Assembly: GCA_963514005.1 (NCBI GenBank)
Contig: OY740797.1
Coordinates: 6,138,001 to 6,202,000, forward strand
Direction of reading: 5' to 3'
DNA length: 64,000 nucleotides
From: Raja brachyura
Lineage: Eukaryota
Below, piece by piece: positions 13,481 to 24,215 of the stretch. The notes under the pieces are model-generated. The model ran no database searches. It was given only the letters and a program-made list of their open reading frames with translations, and was not told the DNA's origin. Every line of letters starts with the position of its first letter. Position 1 is the first letter of the stretch. The translations under genes were made by a program, and so were the position numbers.

Positions 13481-13728
13481 CAATCATGGCGGATCTATCT
13501 TTCCCTCTCAACCCCCATTCTCCTGCCTTCTCCCCATAGCCCAGAAATGTTGAAAGAGGGTCTTGACCTGATAAAATATATTATTATTTTAATCACTATA
13601 GCTTAAAATAACTTCCGTTTCCTTCAGAGAATAACCGGAGTCATTTTACAGCATTCGCTGTATTTTCCTCGGATTATGTACTAATATTTAAATAGGATTC
13701 ATTAGCTTTTCCTTTGATATTTCTGCAG

Positions 13729-13812
13729 GCTTTGGGGAAACAAGGTCGGAGATGCTGGAGCCTCGGCCTTAGCTGAAGCCCTTGAAGATAACACTAGTCT
13801 GATATGGCTGAG
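13729..13812 (+). CDS. NOD2: NOD2 LRR exon (84 bp): [28 protein letters not shown]
   Basis: TGCAG/GTAAGA splice sites; matches human FWGNRVGDEGAQALAEAL...WLS. Confidence 0.95.
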
Positions 13813-13910
13813 GTAAGATAGCTGGCAGAGCAAATGGTTCGCATGCAGTGCTTTTCAAAACCCTGTTGTGTTCAGTTAAGTGACCCTGCACTCTCTCATT
13901 TGACCGCTAG

Positions 13911-13994
13911 CCTCGTCGATAATAACATTGGTGGTCGAGGTGCCAGAGATTTGGCTTCCATGTTGAAAAGGAACACTGCCCTACAGGAACTGTG
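13911..13994 (+). CDS. NOD2: NOD2 LRR exon (84 bp): LVDNNIGGRGARDLASMLKRNTALQELC
   Basis: GCTAG/GTGAGA splice sites; preceding intron only 98 bp; matches human LVGNNIGSVGA...EELC. Confidence 0.95.
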
Positions 13995-14771
13995 GTGAGA
14001 TTAATGGAGGCGCCTGTATTTACGTGGTCCTCGTGTGAGATTCATCATCAGGTCAATGATGGTCCTGGATTTTTTTTATTATTATGATGATGATAATACT
14101 TTATTAACCCATGTACCAAAGTACTAGGCACATTGAAGTTCTTTGTTTTGCACACATTTCAGTAAGATTCAGTTCTTAGTCTATTTTTAACTTAGGTTAG
14201 AGACACAGTGCAGAAAGAGGCCTTTTGGCCCACTGAGTCCAAGCCAACCAGCGAGCACCCCGCACATTAACGGTCTTACACACACTCGGGACAATTCACC
14301 TTTATACCAAGCCAATTAACGTACAAACCTGTGCGGCTTTGAGGTGTGGGAGGAAGCCGAAGATCTCAGAGAGAACCCACATGGTCACTGGGAGAACGTA
14401 CAAACTCCGTGCAGACAGCACCCGTTGTCAGGATTCAACCCGTGTCTCTGGCGCTGTGAGGCAGCCACTCTACCGCTGTGCCACCGTGCTGCCGTTAATG
14501 TCTATAGAACCGATACGCCACACAATGCTGAGAACTATATTCTGCACTCAGCCTCTTCCCCATTGCTCTACCTATTGTCTCTATGTATAGCATTACCTGA
14601 TCTGACTGTATAGCACGCAAAACAAAGCTTTTCACTGTACCTCAGTACACGTGACAACAATAAACCTGAACCTGAAGCTATAATCAATGTTCTTGGATTA
14701 AATGATATAAAGCGTTAATAAAAATGAAGATTGGATATTTATTTTATTTGATGTATTTGTTGTTGTTGCAG

Positions 14772-14855
14772 CCTTGAGGAGAACAGTTTAATTGATGAGG
14801 ATGTGCAGCATTTTGCAGAAGGACTGCAGAGCAACACAAGCTTGAGGGTTCTCAA
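14772..14855 (+). CDS. NOD2: NOD2 LRR exon (84 bp): LEENSLIDEDVQHFAEGLQSNTSLRVLK
   Basis: TTGCAG/GTACGT splice sites; matches human LEENHLQDEGV..LAEGL. Confidence 0.95.
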
Positions 14856-15304
14856 GTACGTACTGAAACGTTGCCTAATGTACGATTCCTCAAGAACCTA
14901 TGGAGCAGTGCAATATCGAGGGGAGTGATTTGGCTGCTGTACACGGTGGAGCCGCTGCCTCGCAGCGCCAGAGACACGGGTTCGATCCTGACCTCGGGTG
15001 CTGTTTGTGTGGAGTTTGCACGTTCTCCCCGTGACCGCGTGGGCTTCCTCCTGGTGCTCTGGTTTCCTCCCACATCCCGAATTTGTAGATTAAAATTGGC
15101 TTCTTTAAATAACCCGGAGTGTGCAGGAAGTGGATGCAAAATTGGGTTAACACAGAACTAGCATGAACGGGTGATCTAGTGTGATGGTCGGCGTGGACTG
15201 GGTGGGTTGAGGGGCTGGTTTCACTCTGTATCTTTCAATCCATCCAGCATGTGTAGTCTCTTTGAAGAGGTAATACACTCCTCCCTAACAATAGTCAGCA
15301 AATT

Positions 15305-15860
15305 TCCTTCAACAGATGCACCATAGAACACATTTTTTCAGGATGCATCACAGCACGGTTTGGGAACAGCTCCATCCAAGACCGCAAGAAATTGCAGCGA
15401 ATTGTGGACGCAGCCCAGCCCATCACACAAACCATTGACTCCATACCATCCCTTCCATTGACTCCATTTATACCTCACGCTGCCTCGGCAAGGCCACCAG
15501 CATAATCAAGGATGAGTCCCACCCTGGCCACTCCCTCTCCTCCCCTCACCCATCGGGCAAAAGGTACAGAAGTGTGAAAACGCACACCTCCAGATTCAGG
15601 GACAGTTTCTTCCCGGCTGTTATCAGGCAACTGAACCATCCTACCACAACCAGAGAGCAGTGCTGAACCACTATCTACCTCATTGGAGATTCTTGGACTA
15701 TCCATGATGGGGCTTTACCTTTCATTGAATGTTATTCCCTTGTCATGCATCTATATACTTTAAATACTCAATTGTAATCATGTCATGTCTTTCCGCTGGC
15801 TGGATAGCGCGCAACAAAAGCTTGCCACTGTACCTTGGTAACGTGGCAAGAACTTTAAAC
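15305..15860 (+). mobile_element. Rex1/Babar-type LINE 3' fragment (second fragment ~63195-63470)
   Basis: Degenerate RCTIE..GCITA.FGN..QDRKKLQR...IIKD.SHPGH...PSGKRYRS..T.RFRDSFFP. Confidence 0.75.
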
Positions 15861-16196
15861 TGAAATCTGTTATACAACGGTTGACCTTGGACGAAAGTAT
15901 TTTGGGCAAATAATACCAGGCGCTACCTGAGTAGCAAGGATAATGTTGTCGCATGTTAAGGGAAGGGTAGTTAATCTGTGGCACTCATTGCCACAGAGGG
16001 CTGTGGAGGCCAAGTCAGAGGATATTTTTAAGGTGGAGATAGACAAATTATTGATTAGAACGGGTGTCAAGGGTTATGGGGAGAAGGCAGGAAAATGGGA
16101 TTAGGAGGCAGAGATCAGCCATAATTGAATGGCAAAGCAGACTCGATGGGCCGAATGACCTAATTCGACTCCTATAACTTGTGAATGATGTACCAT

Positions 16197-16430
16197 TGTG
16201 GCGGCACCTGATAGCAACCCAAGGTCACGACGAACCATCGGCTCTAGAGGGAGGTGTCTTGGTGGGGGAGGCGCGCGTCACGGGGTCGTTATCTGATTTG
16301 TTATTTAAGGCCGGGCAACGTCCGTGTCAGCTGAGGAGTAGGGAGCTGTATGCAGAAGAATAAACACGTCTGGAGCACGCAACTTGTGTCCGCCTAGTTT
16401 TTGGCTGGACTCCTGCCAGTCCCCGCCACA
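16197..16430 (+). mobile_element. Solo LTR (234 bp)
   Basis: TGTGGCGG...CCGCCACA terminal inverted repeat, 4-bp TSD CCAT, TATA-like TATTTAA (16302), AATAAA (16359-16364). Confidence 0.85.
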
Positions 16431-16469
16431 CCATGACCTTTTATTTTTTCTCTTTCTCTCTCTCCACAG

Positions 16470-16553
16470 GTTGTCGAATAATAAGATAACCAAAAAAGGA
16501 ATGGAATTAATTGTTTCTGCGCTAAAGCACAATGTTACTGTTGCGTCTATTTG
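16470..16553 (+). CDS. NOD2: NOD2 LRR exon (84 bp): LSNNKITKKGMELIVSALKHNVTVASIW
   Basis: Polypyrimidine tract + CACAG, donor GTGAGT; matches human LSNNCIT...EVW. Confidence 0.95.
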
Positions 16554-16760
16554 GTGAGTTTTTCATGCATGGTCTCCTCACGTCTCTCTCGATACAATAC
16601 GATTGGTCTGTCACAAAACACAACAAAATACATGAACCACAAAATTAAAGTGACGAGTGGAAAGTCCAGGATTGGGGATGTACAAAGATTAGGGTTGGGG
16701 GAAACACAAAAGGCTGGAGAAACTCAGCGGGTGCAGCAGCATCTAAGGAGCGAAGGAGAT

Positions 16761-16795
16761 AGGCGACGTTTCGGGTCGAGACCCTTCTTCAGAAG
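16761..16795 (-). ncRNA. Minimal hammerhead ribozyme motif (best-preserved core) in a Penelope-derived pLTR
   Basis: Minus strand reads CTGAAGA-A-GGGTC-TC-GACCC-GAAA-CGTC/GCC: CUGANGA, stem II, GAAA, palindromic ACGU stem III, GUC cleavage triplet; stem I is weak. Confidence 0.55.
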
Positions 16796-17746
16796 TTGGG
16801 GGAGGGGTGGGAGGGGAGCCAGTCTTTCCCATTCTCCTAAGATCTCTTTTATCTTGTTTTTACCTTAATTTTATCCTTGTAATATCATTGCTGAGGTGAC
16901 CCGTTGTCTTGTCCAACACATTTCATTGTACTGTTGACCCTGTGTTAACCTACATATGACAAATAAAAACTGAACTATGATATTAAGGTCCAGGTTTTGT
17001 ACAGGTAGCAAAGTACTGTTGGAAGACTGTTCATATAAAATTCTGACAACATAGAAAAGTACAGCACAAGAACAGGCCATTCGGCCCACAATGTCTGTGC
17101 CGAGCATGATGTTCAGATAAACTAATCTCCTCTGCCTGTACGTGATCCATATCTCTTCATTCCTTGCCTATGCATGTGCCTATCTAAAAGCCTCTTAAAC
17201 ACCACTATTGTATCTGCCTCCACCACCACCACCATTAGGCTGTATAACACTCTGTTTAAAAACTTGCCCCGCATCTTCTTTAAACTTCTCCCCTTAAATC
17301 TGTGTCTTATAGAAGATACGGAAACAAGAGTTGGACTTTGAAGAAAAGAAATGGTATTGTTCAGAGACCAATACCATCTATCGCCCACTGAGCCCACGTC
17401 GACCATCGATCGTCCATTCACACTAGTTCTATGTAATCCCACTTTGTCACACACTCCCCACTGGGGGCAATTTTCCAGAGGCCACAAACCTACATCTATT
17501 TGGGATGCGGGAGGAAGGCAGAGCACCCGGATGAAACCCACGCCGTCACAGAGAGAGCATGCAGACTCCACCCGGACAGCACCCGAGATCAGGATTGAAC
17601 CCTGGTCTCTGGCGCTGCAGGCAGCAGCTCTACCCGCTGCGCCACCGTGCCGCTGGGAAGTTGCAGCAAAATGATTGCTCAACCCAAGCTAACTGTTAAA
17701 CAGAGTTTACTTGCACACTATATATTGCTTTTATTATTGCTTTCAG

Positions 17747-17819
17747 GTTAGGAGGAAATCAGGTGACTGCTGAGGAGATTGAAGAGGTGACCAGAGCAGA
17801 AGCAAGACTGACGTTTTGA
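17747..17819 (+). CDS. NOD2: NOD2 terminal coding exon: LGGNQVTAEEIEEVTRAEARLTF*
   Basis: TTTCAG acceptor, in-frame TGA 17817-17819; same length as human [23 protein letters not shown]. Confidence 0.92.
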
Positions 17820-18137
17820 CGAAAAGTCAGATCATTCAAAAGTTAACTTTGAACTTTTGTTACTGGACTCTGCCACAGAAGGCAGTGGAGGCCAATTTAC
17901 TGGATGAAAAGAGAGTTAGAGCTCTAGGGGCTAGCGGAATTAAGGGGTATTAGGAGGTGGCAGGCACGGGTTACTGATTGTGGATGATCAGCCATGATCA
18001 CAATGAATGGCGGTGCTGGCTCGAAGGGCCAAATATTTTCTATGTTTCTGTGTTTCTATGACTCACAATGAGCTGGGCTGATTATTTATTTACAATTTTA
18101 TAATGGTACGGGTCATATTTATGGATGTTGGCACTTT

Positions 18138-18143
18138 AATAAA
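18138..18143 (+). terminator. Candidate NOD2 polyadenylation signal AATAAA
   Basis: First AATAAA after the stop, followed by U-rich and GU-rich sequence. Confidence 0.5.
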
Positions 18144-18195
18144 CAATTTTTACTTTATCAATTGGCTGAATACTAATTGTACTTACTGGAAAGGT

Positions 18196-18395
18196 GGTGT
18201 GTGTCCGTGTGTGTCTGTGTGTTGTGTCTACATGTGCCTGCATGTCTGTCTAGGCGTGTGCCCATGTCTATGTGCATCTGTGTGTGCCTGAGCGGGTTTG
18301 TGTGTCTGTATGTGTCTCTGTGTGTGTGAGCGTGTCTGTGTGCATCCTGCTTGTGTCCGTGCGTGTGTGTGACTGTGCATGTGCATGTAAGTGTG
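18196..18395. repeat. Degenerate (TG)n microsatellite
   Basis: TG/TGTC-rich low-complexity tract. Confidence 0.9.
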
Positions 18396-18993
18396 ATTAG
18401 CAATGATTTCCATTTTTATCAACAATGTTCTTTTATTGTTTCTGACAACTATTATCATCCTGCAAGATAATACAGAAACATTGAGACACAAGGAACTGCA
18501 GATGCTAGAATCTTGAACAAAACACAAAGAGCTGAAGGAACTCAGTGGGTCAGGCAGCATCTGGGGACGAAAGGGCAGGTGATGTTTTGGGTCGAGACCC
18601 TTCCTCAGACTGAAACATGACCTGTTCATTCCCTCCCGAGATGCTGCGTGACCCGCTGAATTCACAAGTAGTTTGAGAATGGAGGAACATTCATTTTTAT
18701 ATCTAACTTTTTCAATGTCAATTGTTACATAATGATTCCTACAACAATCATATTCTTGATACATTCAGTACAGATCTGGCCATTTGTGTTTCTGAAGGCT
18801 CAGAAGGATACTTGCAATTGCAGAATTGTGTTCAACTGTATTCCAACACAATCTGTCTGCCAAAGCCTACTAGATCTCTCAGTTGCTAAACACTTTTCAC
18901 TCCCTTTCCCATTCCCACACGGACTTTTCAGTCCTAGGCCTTCTCCATTGCAACAGTGCTTCCACATGGAAACTGGAGGAACAGCACCTCATA

Positions 18994-19199
18994 TGTAGAT
19001 ATGTGTGTATACCTTTAAATATAGTGATATATCCACCACTAACCACTCCCCTTACCATTCAGTATAATTGTGACCTTCCCACCCCTGTCTCTCTCTCTCT
19101 ATCATCCGTGACAGACCACGTACAGCTAGGGCTGCGATGTATTTGACTAGTGAATAAAATAGTAGTAAAGACTCTGTGTGTTAGAGACCATTCTTTACA
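18994..19199 (+). mobile_element. LTR (~206 bp) followed by a tRNA-Leu PBS
   Basis: TGTA...TACA termini, TATAA (~19063), AATAAA (19153), followed immediately by TGGTGTCAGAAGTGGGAT. Confidence 0.75.
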
Positions 19200-19245
19200 T
19201 GGTGTCAGAAGTGGGATACGAACCCACGCCTCCAGGTGGAGACCA
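19200..19245 (-). pseudogene. Reverse-transcribed 3' half of mature tRNA-Leu(CAA) including CCA
   Basis: Minus strand TGGTCTCCACCTGGAGGCGTGGGTTCGTATCCCACTTCTGACACCA; matches the recalled vertebrate tRNA-Leu(CAA) 3' half outside the variable loop except at A58. Confidence 0.85.
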
Positions 19246-19678
19246 TTCTTTACATCGAAGACCAAAGATAGGCCCAAAATGCTGGATTATTTCAGCGGGT
19301 CAGGCAGCATCTCTGGAGGGAAGGAATAGGAGATGTTTTGGGTCGGAAATCTTCAGACTGAAAGATGGGGGGGGGGGGGGGGGAAGAGAAGGAATAGGAG
19401 ATTTTTCGGGTGGGAACTCTTCAGACTGAAAGATGGGGGACGGGGGGGAGATTGGAGGTGAGCAAAGGCCAGAACAAATCAGGGGCGGCAACAGATGACC
19501 TCAGGAAGAGTGGAGATGTGCTAATAAGAGAGATACAAGGAATGGAATGGTGGAACTGGCAGGGTGACTAGGGTGGGGAGGGAAGGACTGTTGGAGTTAC
19601 TTGAAATTAGAGAAATCAACATTCATACCACTGAGTTGTAAGGTGCCCAAGCCAAATATGAGGTGCTGATCCTCATAT

Positions 19679-21910
19679 AACCATATAACCATATAACAAT
19701 TACAGCACGGAAACAGGCCATCTCGGCCCTTCAAGTCCGTGCCGAACAACTTTTTTCCCTTAGTTCCACCTGCCTGCACTCATACCATAACCCTCCATAC
19801 CCTTCTCATCCATATGCCTATCCAATTTATTTTTAAATGATACCAACGAACCTGCCGCCACCACTTCCACTGGAAGCTCATTCCACACCGCTACCACTCT
19901 CTGAGTAAAGAAGTTCCCCCTCATGTTACCCCTGAACCTCTGTCCCTTAATTCTAAAGTCATGTCCTCTTGTTTGAATCTTCCCTATTCTCAAAGGGAAA
20001 AGCTTGTCCACATTAACTCTGTCTATCCCTCTCATCATTTTAAAGACCTCTATCAAGTCACCCCTTAACCTTCTGCGCTCCAGAGAATAAAGACCTAACT
20101 TATTCAACCTATCTCTGTAACTTAGCTGTTGAAACCCAGGAAACATTCTAGTAAATCTCCTCTGTACCCTCTCTATTTTGTTGACATCCTTCCTATAATT
20201 GGGCGACCAAAATTGTACACCATACTCCAGATTTGGTCTCACCAACGTCTTGTACAATTTTAACATTACATCCCAGCTTCTATACTCAATGCTCTGATTT
20301 ATAAAGGCTAGCATACCAAAAGCTTTCTTTACCACCCTATCTATATGAGATTCTACCTTCAAGGAACTATGCACGGTTATTCCCAGATCCCTCTGTTCAA
20401 CTGTATTCTTCAATTCCCTACCGTTTACCATGTACGTCCTATTTTGATTTGTCCTGCCAAGGTGTAGCACCTCACATTTATCAGCATTAAACTCCATCTG
20501 CCATCTTTCAGCCCATTTTTCCAACTGGCCTAAATCACTCTGTAGACTTTGGAAATCCTCTTCATTATCCACAACACCCCCTATCTTGGTATCATCTGCA
20601 TACGTACTAATCCAATTTACCACCCCTTCATCCAGATCATTGATGTACATGACAAACAACAAAGGACCCAACACAGATCCCTGAGGCACCCCACTAGTCA
20701 CCTGGCTCCAACCCGACAAACAGCCATCCACCATTACCCTCTGGCTTCTCCCATTCAGCCACTGTTGAATCCATCTTGCTATTCCTGCATTTATACCCAA
20801 CAGTTGAACCTTCTTAACCAACCTTCCATGAGGAACCTTGTCAAAGGCCTTACTGAAGTCCATATAGACAACATCCACTGCTTTACCCTCGTCAATTTCC
20901 CTAGTAACCTCTTCAAAAAATTCAAGAAGATTAGTCAAACATGACCTTCCAGGCATAAATCCATGTTGACTGTTCCTAATTAGACCCTCTTTATCCAGAT
21001 ACTTATATATATTATCTCTAAGTATCTTTTCCATTAATTTGCCCACCACTGAAGTCAAACTAACCGGTCTATAATTGCTAGGTTTACTTTTAGAACCCTT
21101 TTTAAACAATGGAATAACATGCGCAGTACGCCAATCCTCGGGGACTATTCCAGTTTCTAATGACATTTGAAATATTTCTGTCATAGCCCCGGCTATTTCC
21201 ACACTAACTTCCCTCAATGTCCTAGGGAATATCCTGTCAGGACCTGGAGACTTATCCACTTTTATATTTTTCAAAAGTGCCAGTGCTTCTTTTACTTTGA
21301 AACTCATAGTATCCATAGCTACTCTACTAGTTTCCCTTACCTCACATAATTCAATATCCTTCTCCTTGGTGAATACCGAAGAAAAGAAATTGTTCAATAT
21401 CTCCCCCATCTCTTTTGGCTCTGCAGATAGCTGTCCACTTGGTCTCTCCAATGGACCAATTTTATCCCTTGTTATCCTTTTGCTATTAACATAGCTGTAG
21501 AAACCCTTTGGATTTACTTTCACCTTACTTGCCAAAGCAACCTCATATCTTCTTTTAGCTTTTCTAATTTCTTTCTTTAGATTCTTTTTACATTCCTTAT
21601 ACTCCTCAAGCACCTCATTTACTTCATGCTGCCTATAATTATTGTAGATCTCCCTCTTTTTCCGAACAAGATGTCCAATTTCCCTTGAAAACCAGGGCTC
21701 TTTCCAATTTTTACTGGTTCCTTTCAACCGAACAGGAACATAAAGATTTTGTACTCTTAAAATTTCCCCTTTAAATGTCCTCCATTTCTCCTCTACATCT
21801 TTCCCATAAAACAAAATGTCCCAGTTCACTCCTTTTAAATCATCTCGCATCTCGTTAAAGTTAGCCTTTCTCCAATCAAAAATCTCAACCCTAGGCCCAG
21901 TTCTGTCCTT
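19679..21910 (-). mobile_element. 5'-truncated CR1 LINE with an uninterrupted RT ORF
   Basis: ORF 19760-22105 (NYRPVSLTS, DFSKAFDKV, GVPQGSVLGP, YADD); (TTATATGG)n tail; candidate TSD CTCATAT (19672-19678 / 21911-21917); first ~60 aa of the ORF are flanking sequence. Confidence 0.93.
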
Positions 21911-22779
21911 CTCATATTCCAGTTGGATAGCTTGCAACCCAATGTCCCATCCCCAGATAAAACATACTCCATACCTCTCCATTACATGTTCCCCACTCAC
22001 CGTATAGCTATGCCCTCTACTGGTGGACGTTTCCACCCTGGGAAAAGCTTGGTGCGGGAGCATGGCGATTCTTTGCATACTCTTCCCAGGAAAGGACCAA
22101 TACAAGAATGATCTGATGCAATCAGTCTACTATTTTAAATGTGGTGTCGCAGCAGTTGAGCTGCTGCCCGACAGCGCCAGAGACTCGGGTTCAATCCCGA
22201 CTACGGGTGCTGGCCGATGGAGTTTGTACCTTCTCCCCATGACCTGCGTGGATTTGCTCAAAATCTTCTGTTTCCTCCAACACTCCAAAGACGTACAGGT
22301 TTGTAGGTTAATTTGCTTGGTATAAAATGTAAATTGTCCCTTAAGTGCATAGGATAGTATTTTGTCACGGTATACATGACAATAATAAACATTAACCTAA
22401 TCAACGACCACTCTCATCCCGGTCACTCCCTCTTCTCTCTCCCATCAGATTAGATCAGCCATGATTGAATGGCGGAGTAGGCTTGATGGACCGAATGGCC
22501 AAATTCACTTATGATCAGGCAAGTGGTACAGAAGCTCCTCTATCTTCTGAAGAAGAGGTCTCGACCTGAAACATCACCCATTCCTTGTCTCCAGAGATGC
22601 TGCCTGTCCCCCTGAATTACTCCAGCACTTTGTTTTTTATCTGCAATCAAAAAATAAAACCTAGTTTTAGTTATTTAACCAGCACTACCGGAGTAAGTTT
22701 GTGCAGAAGCAATTGATGTTCTGCATTGGGTGCAAGAGGATTGCAGAGCAGTGTTGAGAAAACTGCTGGGGATATGCCA

Positions 22780-23650
22780 AGTGTCAGTCAGACATAGCCC
22801 CGTCCCCACCAAGGTTCGCCCCGTTCCCATGCCAAGGCTCATCCACCCTGCACCAAGGCTCACCACCCCCCCCCCCCGCCAAGGCTCGTTCTCCCCCCCC
22901 ACGTGCCAAGACTCGGACCGTCCCCACCAGCCCCCGGACAGGACGGGAGGGGACAGGGATGGCCCAGCAGCAACTCAACAGCGCCGGAGACCCCGACCCT
23001 GACCCCGGACGAAAGGTAAGCCTGCACACAACGCAGCAGCACAGTTACCAAGAATGTTTATAGCGAGTGACCTATGACCTGGGCATGCGCAGTCGGAATA
23101 CCGAACTCGCTTATTCCTTCTCTCCACAGACGACGCCTGATCCGCTGAGTTTCTCCAGCAGTCTTGTCTACCTGGTGCCGATTGGGGTATCCACCCGTCA
23201 GTCAAGCATGTCCCGCCCTCCGCACGATCCTATTGGGCGGCCAGCCCGTTAATTACACCAGTCCCGCCCCCCTACTCCTCCACCGCCAGCGGCCATTGGA
23301 CGGTCGGCCTGTCCGTCTGCGGTAGTCCCGCCCCCACCGCGCGCTCCTATTGGGTCACCTCGCCGGCGGAAGCGGCCGGAACTCAGTGACGGACAGCGGC
23401 GCGGACCAATGGCGGAGCTGGTTGGCGCGGGGGTGGGGGAAGGGGGAGCGGTTGTCGTTTCCGGTCGCTGCTGTCCGCCGCCGCCGTGAGGAGCGAAGGA
23501 TCAGCGAGCGCCGGCGCTGAGGGTGTCCATGGAGCCCGGGGACTGGCGGCAGCCGGTGAGCGCCGGGACCGCCCGGGGGGGGGGCGGCGGGGGGTCCTGG
23601 TCCGTGTGAGGGGAGGGTGGAGCTCGCTGTCTATGCCGCCGGCACCGGCA
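22780..23650 (+). promoter_or_regulatory. CpG-island promoter of CYLD
   Basis: CpG-dense region; five CCAAT/ATTGG boxes (~23181, 23232, 23296, 23349, 23406), several CCCGCCC GC boxes, ETS-like CGGAAG/CCGGAA (~23367-23381), NRF1-like GCATGCGCA (~23083). Confidence 0.8.
23400..23555 (+). other. CYLD: Probable first (5' UTR) exon of CYLD; start approximate
   Basis: Downstream of the CCAAT/GC-box cluster, ends at donor CCG|GTGAGC (23556); acceptor TTTAG|GT at 26709 precedes the start codon. Confidence 0.6.
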
Positions 23651-23779
23651 TCATGTACACAGTACAGCACGGACATTGTGGGCCGAAGGGCCTGTCCCTG
23701 TGCTCTAGAGCTCTGTGTCAGGGATGTAATCGAACAAGAAGTTTGGTTCAACGTCTCAAATATATCTCTATCTCAAACT

Positions 23780-24215
23780 CTGTATATGACTGTGTGTCTG
23801 TATGTGTCTCTGTATCAGTGTCCGTGAGTGTGGGGTGTGTATTTATGTGTGTGTATGTATGTAAGTGTGTATGTATGTGTGTGTGAGTGAGTGGGTATGT
23901 GGGTGAGTATNNNNNNNNNNNNNNNNNNNNNNNNNNNNNNNNNNNNNNNNNNNNNNNNNNNNNNNNNNNNNNNNNNNNNNNNNNNNNNNNNNNNNNNNNN
24001 NNNNNNNNNNNNNNNNNNNNNNNNNNNNNNNNNNNNNNNNNNNNNNNNNNNNNNNNNNNNNNNNNNGCGTGTGTATATGTACGTGTGTGTAGTTGTATGT
24101 GTGTGTAGTTGTATATGTGTCTGTGTATGTATATATGTGTATGTACGTGTGTGTGTGTGTGTGCATGTATGTGTGTTTGTGTGTATAAATGTGTGTGTGG
24201 CTGTGTGTATGTGTA
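23780..24215. repeat. (TG/TA)n microsatellite containing an assembly gap (N 23911-24066)
   Basis: Direct observation. Confidence 0.95.

Noticed and set aside
19200-19245. Functional tRNA-Leu gene
   Set aside because: Only the 3' half is present, with an encoded CCA and no A box or D arm.
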